Source: a virus. Taken from it: 39,766 bases of DNA. Below, piece by piece: positions 5,471 through 15,407 of the stretch (positions are counted from its first letter, which is position 1; every line of letters begins with the position of its first letter). The position numbers and the translations under genes were made by a program. The stretch lies in the IMG/VR virus record IMGVR_UViG_3300045988_126628; one strand, 5' to 3'. The notes beneath the pieces were generated by a model. That model saw only the letters and a list, made by a program, of their open reading frames with translations. It had not been told where the DNA came from and did no database searches.

Positions 5471-6496
5471 ATGAAAAAAATTTTAAGTCTACTAATTATT
5501 GCAATGTTGATATTGAATTTGTATGCATGTAGCAATACTGATTCTACAAATAATTCTACCACCAGAGATACGAGCACTGCTAACGCTGCTACCCCTTACA
5601 CATACGAAGGCGTTACGTTCGAAATTCCGACAGTGTGGGGTGAGCCTGAAGAAAATGATGATTCGGATAATACATATTATTTTTATCCAGAGGGGCAAAA
5701 TGATAAAAAGCACGATACTGTCCCGGCAATGCTCATGATTGATATAACAGATGCTGATTATCTTACAGGTATGTCACAAGAAGAAATAGAATCAAATTTT
5801 GATGAATTTAACTCCGGAATATCCGATACCATAACTATAACAAGTAATAAAATTGTAAGTTCCTTTAAATATCCGTGTGAATATGTCACTGGAACTAATA
5901 CTACAAGTGGCGAGTCCAGAAATATTGCCATGTATGTGTTTTTTTATAACAAAAAACTGTATAATGTTATGATGAGTACACGTGATGATAACAAGCACGA
6001 CTACTCTTCCAATCTAACAAATATCATAAATTCGCTAGAATATTCAGAAGATAGTGATAATAGCTACGATGAGTTAACGACAGAAGATGATTATAAGGAA
6101 GTTACTACAGAGGTCACCGAAGCTACAACAGCAGCAAAGAAAAAAACGAAAAAGGAATCTTACAAGAAAGAAAACTGGAATCCTCAGATCACTTATAGTC
6201 AGTTAGCCCGTACTCCAGATGACTATGTAGGAAATAAAATCACATTTGAGGGCAAAGTAATACAGGTATCAGAAAGCTCTTACAGTGACACCGTGTATCT
6301 GCGTGTTGCTACTAGCGATGATTATAATAAAGTAATGTTAATTGAATACGATTCATCCATACTAAGTTCTCGTATCCTTGAAGATGATGAGATTCGTTTT
6401 TACGGAACATCAACTGGTCTGTATACCTATGAATCAACATGGGGAAAAAGTGTCACTATTCCTGCTGCTACTGTTGAACATATCACTATTCAGTAA
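5471..6496 (+). CDS. Prophage-encoded lipoprotein (moron)
   Basis: 341 aa. Signal peptide plus lipobox-like LNLYAC|S. Ser/Thr/Asn-rich linker, a K-rich spacer and a C-terminal beta-rich domain. RBS AAAGGAGAAGGAG. Confidence 0.75.
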   Translation: MKKILSLLIIAMLILNLYACSNTDSTNNSTTRDTSTANAATPYTYEGVTFEIPTVWGEPEENDDSDNTYYFYPEGQNDKKHDTVPAMLMIDITDADYLTGMSQEEIESNFDEFNSGISDTITITSNKIVSSFKYPCEYVTGTNTTSGESRNIAMYVFFYNKKLYNVMMSTRDDNKHDYSSNLTNIINSLEYSEDSDNSYDELTTEDDYKEVTTEVTEATTAAKKKTKKESYKKENWNPQITYSQLARTPDDYVGNKITFEGKVIQVSESSYSDTVYLRVATSDDYNKVMLIEYDSSILSSRILEDDEIRFYGTSTGLYTYESTWGKSVTIPAATVEHITIQ

Positions 6497-6513
6497 ATAA
6501 CATCCATGCGCAT

Positions 6514-6541
6514 TTAAGAGCAGCTTAGTAGCTGCTCTTAA
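6514..6541. terminator. Bidirectional terminator between convergent genes
   Basis: 11-bp perfect stem TTAAGAGCAGC/GCTGCTCTTAA with a 6-nt loop, AT-rich on both flanks. Confidence 0.7.
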
Positions 6542-6544
6542 TTA

Positions 6545-7546
6545 TTAAGACTGTCCGATTTTTGATTTTAAAACTGTGATTTCCAAAATATTTTCTGTGT
6601 CCAAATCTGCGTTCGTGTGAATCTCGACGGGCGTTTTTGATGTGTCTAATACATAATCATAGTCCTCGACCAGCATAACACCGTTGACGTTTACAAATAA
6701 CACATCACTAGCTGCATGAGTATAACCAGACATATCGAGCGGGAATACTCTGTTCTTTTGTCCCGTTTCCACGACTTTGTGATATTTTTTCACATAAGTG
6801 TTTACATTTAATTGGTCCGTAAGAGCGGAAAACCACGCGTCAAACGCCGCTTTTTGACTTGTCTCCCAGTTGCTGAACCCCGTTTCTTGCTGTTGCTGCC
6901 AGTCGCTGAACTCTGTTTCTTGTTCATTCTGCCAACCACTAAATCCTGTTTCCTGTTCATTCTGCCAGCTCTGCATCTGTTTGTAAAATTCCTCATACGC
7001 TGTTTGCCACTGCAAAAATAATTTACTCGTGTCCACTTGCTGCACGATACTAGTTACCCAGCCACATACATTATTATCTGGGCGGGCATCCTCAATATTT
7101 GCCTGCGTAATAGCGGTCACGCCTCTGCCTACATAGACGTATGCTAAACACAATTCTTTTATCGTTTCTGAATTTGTGATAACTGGTTTTACAGGTGTCG
7201 TTGCATTTTCGCCGTCTTTTGTCGTGATTACAATAGTACGCGCCGATAAATCTAACCGAATTATAATCGCCGTATAGCGGTTTAATGTGACGTGTGCGGC
7301 GTTGATTATGAGCGGATAAGCGGCGGTGTTTTTAATCCATTTTGAGTCAATAATAGCCCTACCCGCTCCTACTTGCACCTGCATGCCAGTGCCGGCTAAA
7401 ACCTGCATTGCATCATCCACACTCTCATATACCCCGTCACTCACGAGCCCCTCGAAATATGTACTCATTTGGTCTGCGTTATACGTGCGGTCGTATGTAC
7501 CGTCTGATTGTTTTATTGCGTTAAAAAATCCATATGTAATAGCCAT
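6545..7546 (-). CDS. Putative tail fibre / receptor-binding protein (last gene of the tail module)
   Basis: ATG 7546 lies 5 nt after GGAGGTG. N-terminus AITYGFFNA...DRTYNADQMSTYFEGLVSDGV resembles Firmicute phage fibre/upper-baseplate proteins. Contains Trp-periodic 11-aa repeats. Confidence 0.55.
   Translation of the reverse strand: MAITYGFFNAIKQSDGTYDRTYNADQMSTYFEGLVSDGVYESVDDAMQVLAGTGMQVQVGAGRAIIDSKWIKNTAAYPLIINAAHVTLNRYTAIIIRLDLSARTIVITTKDGENATTPVKPVITNSETIKELCLAYVYVGRGVTAITQANIEDARPDNNVCGWVTSIVQQVDTSKLFLQWQTAYEEFYKQMQSWQNEQETGFSGWQNEQETEFSDWQQQQETGFSNWETSQKAAFDAWFSALTDQLNVNTYVKKYHKVVETGQKNRVFPLDMSGYTHAASDVLFVNVNGVMLVEDYDYVLDTSKTPVEIHTNADLDTENILEITVLKSKIGQS
6833..6967 (-). repeat. In-frame 33-nt (11-aa) tandem repeats inside the fibre gene
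   Basis: TGG (Trp) codons at 6833, 6866, 6899, 6932 and 6965, exactly 33 nt apart. Peptide: WQNEQETGFSG / WQNEQETEFSD / WQQQQETGFSN / WETSQKAAFDA. Confidence 0.85.
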
Positions 7547-7548
7547 TT

Positions 7549-8610
7549 TTACACCTCCCAAGTGCTAAAGGTTGGAACCGTTGATGTTCCGTTTTGGTCT
7601 TCACTCTCAATTATCTCAACGATACGGGGTGTTGCACTGATCCCGTATTCATTGATTACTTGAACAACATCGCCTAAAAAATAATCTTGATTTAAAGTAT
7701 AGTTACCATCTGGGACTACATTTCCCTCAAATGATTCCGTAAATGATGTCGTATTTAGTTCGTCTTTCCCGTAATCTTGCAGCATTTTATAATACTGTTC
7801 TTCTGTGATAATTGCCCCGTTACTTGATACACTTGAACCATCAATATACGCCTCATAGCGTTCTAGGCCGCTAGAGTCGCCTATCGTTGTTGTGCGCTGA
7901 TTCACACCCTCACCCTCACCACCTATGAGCGCGGCATTTTTAAATTCTGCACGTTCGTAGGTATAAGTGGAGGCTAGCAGGTTATCAAATTCGTCAGAAA
8001 ATACAACGGGTAGGCGGTCTTTCTGATTATAGGAGCGGTCAAGTCCCTTATAGAGCTTAAAAACAAATTTATTACCTTTGATATATACATCCCAGCCAAT
8101 GTCGTAAGTTTGGCAAGTGGATGTTATCCATTCATCTAAGTCGTCACCTAATGCCTGTATATCAAATGTGTCAGTAATCCTGGCTGGTTCGTCAAGGATA
8201 AAATTGTCAATCTTTCGCTTTTCGTCGTCGGGGTTGATGATGTTTTCAGTGATCACTTGTCGGATACCTGTTTCGACTTTCCCCGTTAGGTTTGTCTGTT
8301 TCCAGATTACCCGACGGCCAACAATGCTTTTTAGACCTCGGCCGGATACGGTCATTTTATTGCCGTCCTCCCAGTCTGCCACTATTTTGATATTTTCAAT
8401 TATCATGACATTCTGCCATATATCTCCGTCACGGTCCTTATCGCGGCAAAGTAGCCGGTCTTTTTGTAGCAAGTCAATGTTTTTATCCGTTGCCGGAACA
8501 ACTAATTCGAAGTCATTCGTATCAAAATATTGTACTGTCCAAATATTACTCTTAAATGTATCTATCGTATCAAGGATTTGAGTGGATGAATCGAGAACAT
8601 AAATATCCAT
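7549..8610 (-). CDS. Tail-associated baseplate protein (Sipho_Gp37-like / Tal-like)
   Basis: N-terminus MDIYVLDSS..ILDTIDTFKSNIWTVQYFDTNDFELVV is typical of the family. Positioned after Dit. Confidence 0.6.
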   Translation of the reverse strand: MDIYVLDSSTQILDTIDTFKSNIWTVQYFDTNDFELVVPATDKNIDLLQKDRLLCRDKDRDGDIWQNVMIIENIKIVADWEDGNKMTVSGRGLKSIVGRRVIWKQTNLTGKVETGIRQVITENIINPDDEKRKIDNFILDEPARITDTFDIQALGDDLDEWITSTCQTYDIGWDVYIKGNKFVFKLYKGLDRSYNQKDRLPVVFSDEFDNLLASTYTYERAEFKNAALIGGEGEGVNQRTTTIGDSSGLERYEAYIDGSSVSSNGAIITEEQYYKMLQDYGKDELNTTSFTESFEGNVVPDGNYTLNQDYFLGDVVQVINEYGISATPRIVEIIESEDQNGTSTVPTFSTWEV

Positions 8611-8612
8611 AA

Positions 8613-9461
8613 TCACACCCCCTCAAATTGGTTATTGATAATAAAGATACATTGTAAATGTTCTGGGAACTCATCGGCCTCATAGGTAAATATATTATCG
8701 CCCGGGATTAAGTTAAACCATGTTGATCCGGCATCCAATTTTCCTACGATGTTTGTTTGTACACCATCACGCAGAAGGGTGATAGACTTTTCTTTTTTTC
8801 GGGTATTTATTGTGATTTCATCCCCCGCTTGCATCTCAACACTTAACGTCATACGATCGGAAGTATCCACATTATAAATTTTTGGATTTAAAACTGTCCC
8901 TAATGCATTAAGTTTGATGATAACACCAGTTTCCACGTCTCCACCGTTGATAATGGTTTTCTGTTCACCCAGTGCGATTTCAGAAAACGGAATACCTGCT
9001 ACCTCAATTGCAAACGGAAAAACAAACATGTTTTCTATGTTCGCGAACTCCGTAACACTTTCTTTTACCGCTCTGAAAAGCGTCATCGGACAACTTATCT
9101 CGATTTGTGCCGTCTGTTTTTTCTCAAAATATTCAACTGAAAATTTCGACACATACCCGTCTATGTACACATCCCGCACACCGTTTTTATAGCAGAAGCG
9201 TACCGGGTATTTTGTTTTAAAGTAACGATACAATAAAAGGCGGTTAGCCTCGGCCGGTCCGTTTATTGCCATTGTGATTGTGATAACACGGTCATTAATA
9301 TGCGAACTATTAAATACGGAACCGTCCATATTTGCCACCTGTGTTGTATTTATGACCCCTTCCGGGGGATAGAGGCCGTCAATATCTGTAATAACATAAC
9401 GGGGATTATTCGTTATTTCTAACTGTTCCCCATATTTATTTTCTGCAATCAATGTATACAT
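8613..9461 (-). CDS. Distal tail protein (Dit, Sipho_tail family)
   Basis: 282 aa, immediately downstream of the tape measure gene, with a family-like N-terminus. Confidence 0.7.
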   Translation of the reverse strand: MYTLIAENKYGEQLEITNNPRYVITDIDGLYPPEGVINTTQVANMDGSVFNSSHINDRVITITMAINGPAEANRLLLYRYFKTKYPVRFCYKNGVRDVYIDGYVSKFSVEYFEKKQTAQIEISCPMTLFRAVKESVTEFANIENMFVFPFAIEVAGIPFSEIALGEQKTIINGGDVETGVIIKLNALGTVLNPKIYNVDTSDRMTLSVEMQAGDEITINTRKKEKSITLLRDGVQTNIVGKLDAGSTWFNLIPGDNIFTYEADEFPEHLQCIFIINNQFEGV

Positions 9462-9474
9462 TCTCCATCCCTCC

Positions 9475-12400
9475 TTACACGGGTTGCGTCATGGCCTTAA
9501 CCATGCTCACTTGCTGTCGTCTAGCCCTATACGTTTCGAGTGCCGAAAGTGATTTCGGACTAGTATTATTCTGTACAAGATTGTAATTGTTTACAATCGT
9601 CTGATTATTGTTTGCAATTCCATTTCCTGTACTACTTTTGACTGCACTTCTCATATTTGGAATGTTTGTTGTCACATCAGTGAGGGGAGTGGTCACGCTA
9701 TTGATGAATTTCTTTGCATTTTCTTGTACTCGCTTGATACTGTCGAGCAATCCGTTTCCGAATCCTCGGCCTGTAAAAATACCGAGTTTTTCAGTAACTT
9801 TTGATGGGCTATGTATATCTAGTTCGTCTTTAAATTCATCCACCATGGCTTTTACCATCGTTTTGATCGCTTTCGTCATGTAATCTGTATTTTTTGTCAG
9901 GCCCGTGGTAAATCCTTTCATGGCATTTATGCCCATATCTTCCAATTGCTTCGGCAAATCTTTAAAGGCTGTTGACAAAGAATCTTTATATTCCTTTGTG
10001 ACATTTTCAAAATCTTTCTGATATGTCTTTTTTGCAAGTTCTTCTGATACTCTCATCTTCTCATCAAATGCGTCCGAATATGCTTTTAAATCTGCGTCAC
10101 TCATAGATAGCAGCCGATCCATAAATGCCCCACCTTCGTCTATATCATAACTCGCAATCTGGTCAAATAACTCTGATGACACTTTTCCTTTAATGGTCTG
10201 TAATTTTTGAGCGTAGTCCTTAATGCTCTGTGTCTGTGCCTTAATGTCGTTCACGGTCATAATACCTGCACCTGAAATCTCGAATAAATCCCCGGCACTT
10301 TTCAACTTAGAAATCAGGCTATCTTGCTTACTGATTAAATCATCATAACGCGTCTGATAAGTGTCAGTAATGTCATTTATCGTATCGTCAATCAGTGCTT
10401 GCGCTTTTGTCTGATACTCACTCAACGCGCTAGAAAACTCCGAAAGCATTTGAGAAGAAGCAGTTTGATAAGCATTGTTAAAATTAGTCTGGTCTTTGAC
10501 TAACTGTTTATAATTATCAACCTGTTTCTTTGCAGCGGACATATTTTTATTTTGTGCAGCCATAGTTTTCTTATCAGCTGCCATTTCCTTTTTGTACGTC
10601 GCCATCTGCTTTTTATATTTCGTCTTATCAGACTTTTTCTTTGCTTTGTCGTAGCTTTTCTTTGCTTTGTTGTAGTTTTTCGACGCCTTGTCATAGCTCG
10701 TTTTTGCTTTGTCGTACTTACTCTTAGCGGTATCGTATTTTTTCTGATAGGTGCTTTGCTTACTTTCGTACTTAGACAACTGGCTCTCTAAACCGGCCGT
10801 TTTCTGGTCGTTTAGATATTGCATTTTGCTAGTCATATAATTAATTTTATCTGACATCGCTTTAGAAAATACAGAACTTGCCTCACTTGCCACGCTAGAA
10901 AAATTAAAATTACTTAATCCGACCAGTGTAGTTGTGACGCTCTTAACTGTATTTTTTACAGTGTTTGTAAGGTCTGTCTGTTCGCTTACAATCCCGTTAA
11001 TGTACCCTTTTACAAAATTCTTACCGCTGTCATACGTTAATTTTGACGGTGAACCCTCTTTTTGCGCGTCCCGTAAGGATTGTACGGACTGTACACCCAT
11101 CTGCGCCGCGGACTGTACGGCGGCTTTTGTCATGGACTGAATACCGTTTGTGTAACCCTGCCCAAAATATTTACCGGATTGTGTCGTTAATTTTGACGGT
11201 GAACCCTCTTTTTGTCCTTTTTTCAGTCCGGCCCACGCCTTTTTAGCTAGAGACTCAGCTTTAGAATATGCTGCACTTACGAGTGAACCAATACCGTTGA
11301 TAAAACCTTGTGCAAAATTTGTACCGGAACTATATGCACTTACGGAACCGGCTCCACTTTTAGCGTTATCTCCTAACGATTTACCTTTGCTTCTCGCGGT
11401 TCCTGTCTTACTTCCTACGCCACTAGCGTACTCGGTACCTGCTTTTGCACCTGTTTTGTGCATCCCGCCGGAACCGCTTTTTGCGCCGGTGTCCGCACTC
11501 TTACCGATTGTCTGGCCGGCTTTCTGGTTCTGTCCTTTTGTGGCAGATACTCCGGCGGCGTGATTCTTACCGGCTTTTGTTCCGGTTGCTTTCGCGCTCT
11601 TTGCTCCGGTTGCCTGTCCAGTAACTACGGCTTTACCGTCTGCCTGTCCTGCCTTTTTATTTGCCCCGGTCGTACTCTTTGCACCCGTGGCGTGGTCTTT
11701 GCCTGACTTCTGCCCGGCGGCTTTCGCACCTTTGGAACCTTCTTTTTGTCCGTCAACAGTGGCTTTTCCTAACGCTTTACCGGCTTCTTCCGCGGTCGTT
11801 TTCCCGGCTAAAATCTGTTTAACGAGGTTATTGACTGTATTTGTTCCATCCTGTCCAGCTTTTGCCGCCGCATCCTTGAAAGATACCGCGTCATTGATTA
11901 ATTTTGCGGCTTGGTCCACGCTGGTTTTTCCTGTCGCAATCCCCTGCATGAGTGATTGTGGGATTTGCTTTCCAGTGATACCAGATTGCGTCAATGTCTG
12001 TTTAAAATCAATCGCGGTTTGTAACTGCTTTGTTGCAGTGTCCACGCTGATTTTTCCGCTTGCAATGCCGTTCGCTAACGATTTAGGTACTTCCACACCT
12101 GCATTTTTCGCCTTAGTCACAACGTCGCTTGAATTAAAGTCTAACGCACTTTGTAACTGTTTTGTGGCCTGCTCAACGGACACTTTACCGCTCGCGATTC
12201 CATCCCGTAACGATTTAGGTATTTTTATACCCGCTTCTTTCGCGGCGGCTAACGTCTGTGAATTGTCAAATTTCGCGATATTTGTCAGACGGTTCACGGC
12301 CTCTTGCGCAGAAACTTCACCACTAGAAATTCCCTCGGCCAAGCTTTTCGGGATTTTCACGCCGTCAACTTTCGCCTGTTTTGCCAGATTGTCAAACTTA

Positions 12401-15153
12401 ATAAGGTTTTCCATACCCTCAACGGTGGACGGTACTTCATACTGCCCCTCTTTGATTCCGTCGGACACGGCTTTCGGGATTTTCTTTCCTTTTGCTTTCA
12501 TCTTTTCGGTGATTGCGTCAAGTGCTTTCTCGGTTTCAGCGGCGTTTATTGTCGTTTCCGCGTATTTCTCCGTTCGGTCGTACTCATTATTAAGCTCTTG
12601 TAATTTCTTTTTATTCTTTTCGAGTACGCTATTTGTCTTTTCATAAGCTTCTTTTTTTGCGGCTTCTGCGTCTGCCAGTTTACGATAGTTTTCGTACTCT
12701 TTACCGTATACGTGCATACCTGCATCGACCCACGCCTGTTGTGCTTCCGCGGTCTTTTTCTTTGCTTCGGTGTACGCTTTTTCGTTCTTAGCGTTCTGCT
12801 TTGTCAGTTCGCCTTGTTGTGTCTCAATTTTTACAATGTCTTGCGCTATCGTTGTAAGATTTGCTTGTGCAGCTTTCGCCTTAATCAGTTCTTTTTGAGC
12901 GGAAATATTGTTTTTTAATGCCTCTGTAGACTGATTAAGTTTATCTTTTTCTTCGTCGTACTTTAAATTTAAGTCCGGCATAAGGTCATTGAGCTTTGAC
13001 ACATAATCTTTTATCTGTGCTTTCTGTGCAGCACTCTTATGCTCTACCCCAATTAAATCATTTAAACGGTCATAATAAATATCTGCCTGCGCTCCCTCAG
13101 CTTCCGCACTCTTTACGCCATCCTGTCTTGCCTTGTCAGATTCCTTTAAGGATTTCGTGAGTTCTTTTTGCTTACTGATGAGGGCATCTGTTGCTGCTGC
13201 ATTTTCATCTATTTTTTCACTTGATAGTTTTGTTTTTACAACGTATGCTGCTATTCCTGCCGTAAGTGCCGTTACTCCTGCTACGGCAAGCGTCACAGGA
13301 TTTGCAAGCATTGCCGCACCAAAACCTGTCGCCGCCCCGGTTGCCGCAGTGGTAGCAGTAGTTACCAGCCCCATAGTTGTAGCCACGCCAGACAACGATG
13401 TGACAAATCCAGCTACTTTGTTCGCCACAAATAATGTCCCAAATGCAGCTCCTGCCCCGGAAACAACAGGGATAAGGCTATTCATATTTTTAATAGTGTA
13501 ATCAGTAAACGATTTTATCCCGGGTAAAGCTTCCTGAGCTAATGGTATAATGAGACCTGTTCGTAATTTACGTCCGATTTCACTAAACTGTGACCTTACA
13601 TCATCATAGCGAACATCTTTAATCTCCTCCATCTTACCTTTAACATCATTAAATGTGTTACCGGTCGATGTGAGCGATTTCACAACTTTGAGGTTCGCAT
13701 CTTCTCCCATCGTGCCAAAAGCAGTTGCAGCCATATTCAAGGCATCCTGCTCATTCGTACAGTTATTGATATCGGCAACAATAGACTCAATGCCATCTTT
13801 CATCGTACCCTTTCCGCTTTCCCAGTTTTCGAAAGCCGTCTGGGTATCTTTGCTGAACATGCCAATATTTTTACCTATTGTACCGTCACCAAGGCGATTT
13901 TTAACTTCATTAATCGAGTCGTTAACCTTATCGAGATTGTACGCCCCATTCTGTGTACCATTCGCGAGTAATTGAAAGTATTCTTGTGCAGAATATCCCG
14001 CCTGCTTAAAGTTTCCGCCATACTCGGAGATGTTATCCCCTAATTCATCTGTATAGTCAAGTCCTTCCTGTGAACCTTTCGCAAATAAATCAAACGCTGT
14101 AGTAGAATCAATGCCGAAGTGTGTCATTAAATTGCTTACGCCACGAATTGTTTCATTGAAATCTGATCCGAACGTATCCTCTAATGTTATGGCATTTTCG
14201 GTCAGCTCTTTGATTTTTGACGGATCCGTCTCTTTAGTTACCTGTTTGACGTATGCCATTTTGTCGCCCACGTCCTGCAAGCTCTCACCATAATTATTGT
14301 CGTACAGTTCATTCATTTCTTTTTTGAACGCCTGCATCTGTTTTGCACTCGCGCCCGTCTGTGCCTGGAACTTGTTATAATCCTGATCGGATTCGGTTGC
14401 AAAATCTTTTAGTGAACTTATCGCACTGCGGATACCATCTGCCGCAAGGTCAGCCAATGCGCCTTTTAAAACCGTAAAGCCGTCGGAACTATCTTCCGCT
14501 TCATTTCCTGCTCGTTCTAAGCTGTTGTCTAAGTCATCTGCTGCATTTGCAGCGTTTGACATTTTATTTTTATTTTCGGCAAGTTCGCTCGATAACTGCG
14601 AAATCTCGCCAGCTAACTGTTGTGCTTCCGCAGAGGTCTTTCCCTGCTCTAATACCACACTTGCGTAGCGTGTTTTAAGCCCCTGCAGACTACTTTCCTG
14701 CTTGGAAATCGTACTATCCAGTTCTTCATAAGCTGACCGCATTTCATTTGCACCATTAGCTGCCTGATCTGCCTCGGAGTCAAGTTGTGACAACATGCGT
14801 CCGTATTTTTCAAGAGACGCTTTTGTCTTATTAATGGCTGCCTCCTGATTTTTGATCTTGATAAGTAACTCCTGTGCGCCTTTTGAATTCTTACCCTGTG
14901 ACTGTACCGTCAAATCGTACTGTTTATTCAAGTCGGACAAGATAGACTTTTCTGCTTTTAAGGTGTTCCGCAACTGGTCCATCTTGGCGCTCAGTCCATC
15001 TGCGGACTGCGCCCAGTTGTCCATGCCTGCACTGGATGCTTTAAACTCTGCATTCGCAAGCCTTATTTGTCGCCTTGCTTCTGTCATTGACCGCTTAAGG
15101 TCAGATATATCCATTTTCAGTTTTGTCGTACTTGTATCCGCATTCGTACCCAT
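9475..15153 (-). CDS. Tape measure protein
   Basis: 1892 aa. Coiled-coil-rich with a hydrophobic TM-like block, internal tandem repeats (KIPKSLxxGIxSGKxSV) and recurrent SPSK motifs. Follows the chaperone genes. Confidence 0.9.
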   Translation of the reverse strand: MGTNADTSTTKLKMDISDLKRSMTEARRQIRLANAEFKASSAGMDNWAQSADGLSAKMDQLRNTLKAEKSILSDLNKQYDLTVQSQGKNSKGAQELLIKIKNQEAAINKTKASLEKYGRMLSQLDSEADQAANGANEMRSAYEELDSTISKQESSLQGLKTRYASVVLEQGKTSAEAQQLAGEISQLSSELAENKNKMSNAANAADDLDNSLERAGNEAEDSSDGFTVLKGALADLAADGIRSAISSLKDFATESDQDYNKFQAQTGASAKQMQAFKKEMNELYDNNYGESLQDVGDKMAYVKQVTKETDPSKIKELTENAITLEDTFGSDFNETIRGVSNLMTHFGIDSTTAFDLFAKGSQEGLDYTDELGDNISEYGGNFKQAGYSAQEYFQLLANGTQNGAYNLDKVNDSINEVKNRLGDGTIGKNIGMFSKDTQTAFENWESGKGTMKDGIESIVADINNCTNEQDALNMAATAFGTMGEDANLKVVKSLTSTGNTFNDVKGKMEEIKDVRYDDVRSQFSEIGRKLRTGLIIPLAQEALPGIKSFTDYTIKNMNSLIPVVSGAGAAFGTLFVANKVAGFVTSLSGVATTMGLVTTATTAATGAATGFGAAMLANPVTLAVAGVTALTAGIAAYVVKTKLSSEKIDENAAATDALISKQKELTKSLKESDKARQDGVKSAEAEGAQADIYYDRLNDLIGVEHKSAAQKAQIKDYVSKLNDLMPDLNLKYDEEKDKLNQSTEALKNNISAQKELIKAKAAQANLTTIAQDIVKIETQQGELTKQNAKNEKAYTEAKKKTAEAQQAWVDAGMHVYGKEYENYRKLADAEAAKKEAYEKTNSVLEKNKKKLQELNNEYDRTEKYAETTINAAETEKALDAITEKMKAKGKKIPKAVSDGIKEGQYEVPSTVEGMENLIKFDNLAKQAKVDGVKIPKSLAEGISSGEVSAQEAVNRLTNIAKFDNSQTLAAAKEAGIKIPKSLRDGIASGKVSVEQATKQLQSALDFNSSDVVTKAKNAGVEVPKSLANGIASGKISVDTATKQLQTAIDFKQTLTQSGITGKQIPQSLMQGIATGKTSVDQAAKLINDAVSFKDAAAKAGQDGTNTVNNLVKQILAGKTTAEEAGKALGKATVDGQKEGSKGAKAAGQKSGKDHATGAKSTTGANKKAGQADGKAVVTGQATGAKSAKATGTKAGKNHAAGVSATKGQNQKAGQTIGKSADTGAKSGSGGMHKTGAKAGTEYASGVGSKTGTARSKGKSLGDNAKSGAGSVSAYSSGTNFAQGFINGIGSLVSAAYSKAESLAKKAWAGLKKGQKEGSPSKLTTQSGKYFGQGYTNGIQSMTKAAVQSAAQMGVQSVQSLRDAQKEGSPSKLTYDSGKNFVKGYINGIVSEQTDLTNTVKNTVKSVTTTLVGLSNFNFSSVASEASSVFSKAMSDKINYMTSKMQYLNDQKTAGLESQLSKYESKQSTYQKKYDTAKSKYDKAKTSYDKASKNYNKAKKSYDKAKKKSDKTKYKKQMATYKKEMAADKKTMAAQNKNMSAAKKQVDNYKQLVKDQTNFNNAYQTASSQMLSEFSSALSEYQTKAQALIDDTINDITDTYQTRYDDLISKQDSLISKLKSAGDLFEISGAGIMTVNDIKAQTQSIKDYAQKLQTIKGKVSSELFDQIASYDIDEGGAFMDRLLSMSDADLKAYSDAFDEKMRVSEELAKKTYQKDFENVTKEYKDSLSTAFKDLPKQLEDMGINAMKGFTTGLTKNTDYMTKAIKTMVKAMVDEFKDELDIHSPSKVTEKLGIFTGRGFGNGLLDSIKRVQENAKKFINSVTTPLTDVTTNIPNMRSAVKSSTGNGIANNNQTIVNNYNLVQNNTSPKSLSALETYRARRQQVSMVKAMTQPV

Positions 15154-15164
15154 CGTCTCACCAC

Positions 15165-15407
15165 CTAAAACCAGCTATCCCCGGCAGGCCGACGGATAAC
15201 TTTATTATCATTGCCTTTATCATTTTCTCGCTTTGTTTCCCTTATCTGCATTGCACGCACGTCGCTATATAATCTTATTACATCGTGAAAAGATTTCTTT
15301 TCTACATCATAAGGAGTCATAGCTGGGAACTCTTTACATAGCTGATAATTAATATTAAATAATATTTCAAAAAGCGGGGTATCATCTACCCCGCCATCTA
15401 GTTTTTT
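15165..15407 (-). CDS. -1 frame extension of the tail assembly chaperone (gpT-like part of a G-T fusion)
   Basis: Hand translation from the slippery site gives 78 sense codons without a stop (LDGGVDDTPLFEILFNINYQ...RRPAGDSWF). TAG at 15167-15165. There is no start codon or RBS of its own. Confidence 0.65.
   Translation of the reverse strand, partial: KKLDGGVDDTPLFEILFNINYQLCKEFPAMTPYDVEKKSFHDVIRLYSDVRAMQIRETKRENDKGNDNKVIRRPAGDSWF

Noticed and set aside
8117-8581. Long antisense ORFs within structural and replication genes (8117-8581, 22046-22528, 36393-36800, 13133-13501, 39325-39627 and many ORFs of 60-120 aa)
   Set aside because: None has a ribosome binding site or recognisable motifs. 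All overlap confidently assigned genes on the opposite strand.
11300-11760. Gly/Lys/Ala/Thr-rich block in the tape measure that at first looked collagen-like
   Set aside because: There is no strict G-X-Y periodicity. It is a low-complexity spacer. A true G-X-Y run is seen only in the 23828-24412 product.
11687-12646. 319-aa + strand ORF (with neighbours at 11297-11706 and 12304-12603) lying antisense inside the tape measure gene
   Set aside because: It is the mirror image of the repetitive Ala/Lys/Gly-rich tape measure coding sequence. The product is low-complexity (Pro/Ser/Ala/Phe/Cys), has no RBS, and sits inside a gene with strong coding evidence. It is a compositional artefact.
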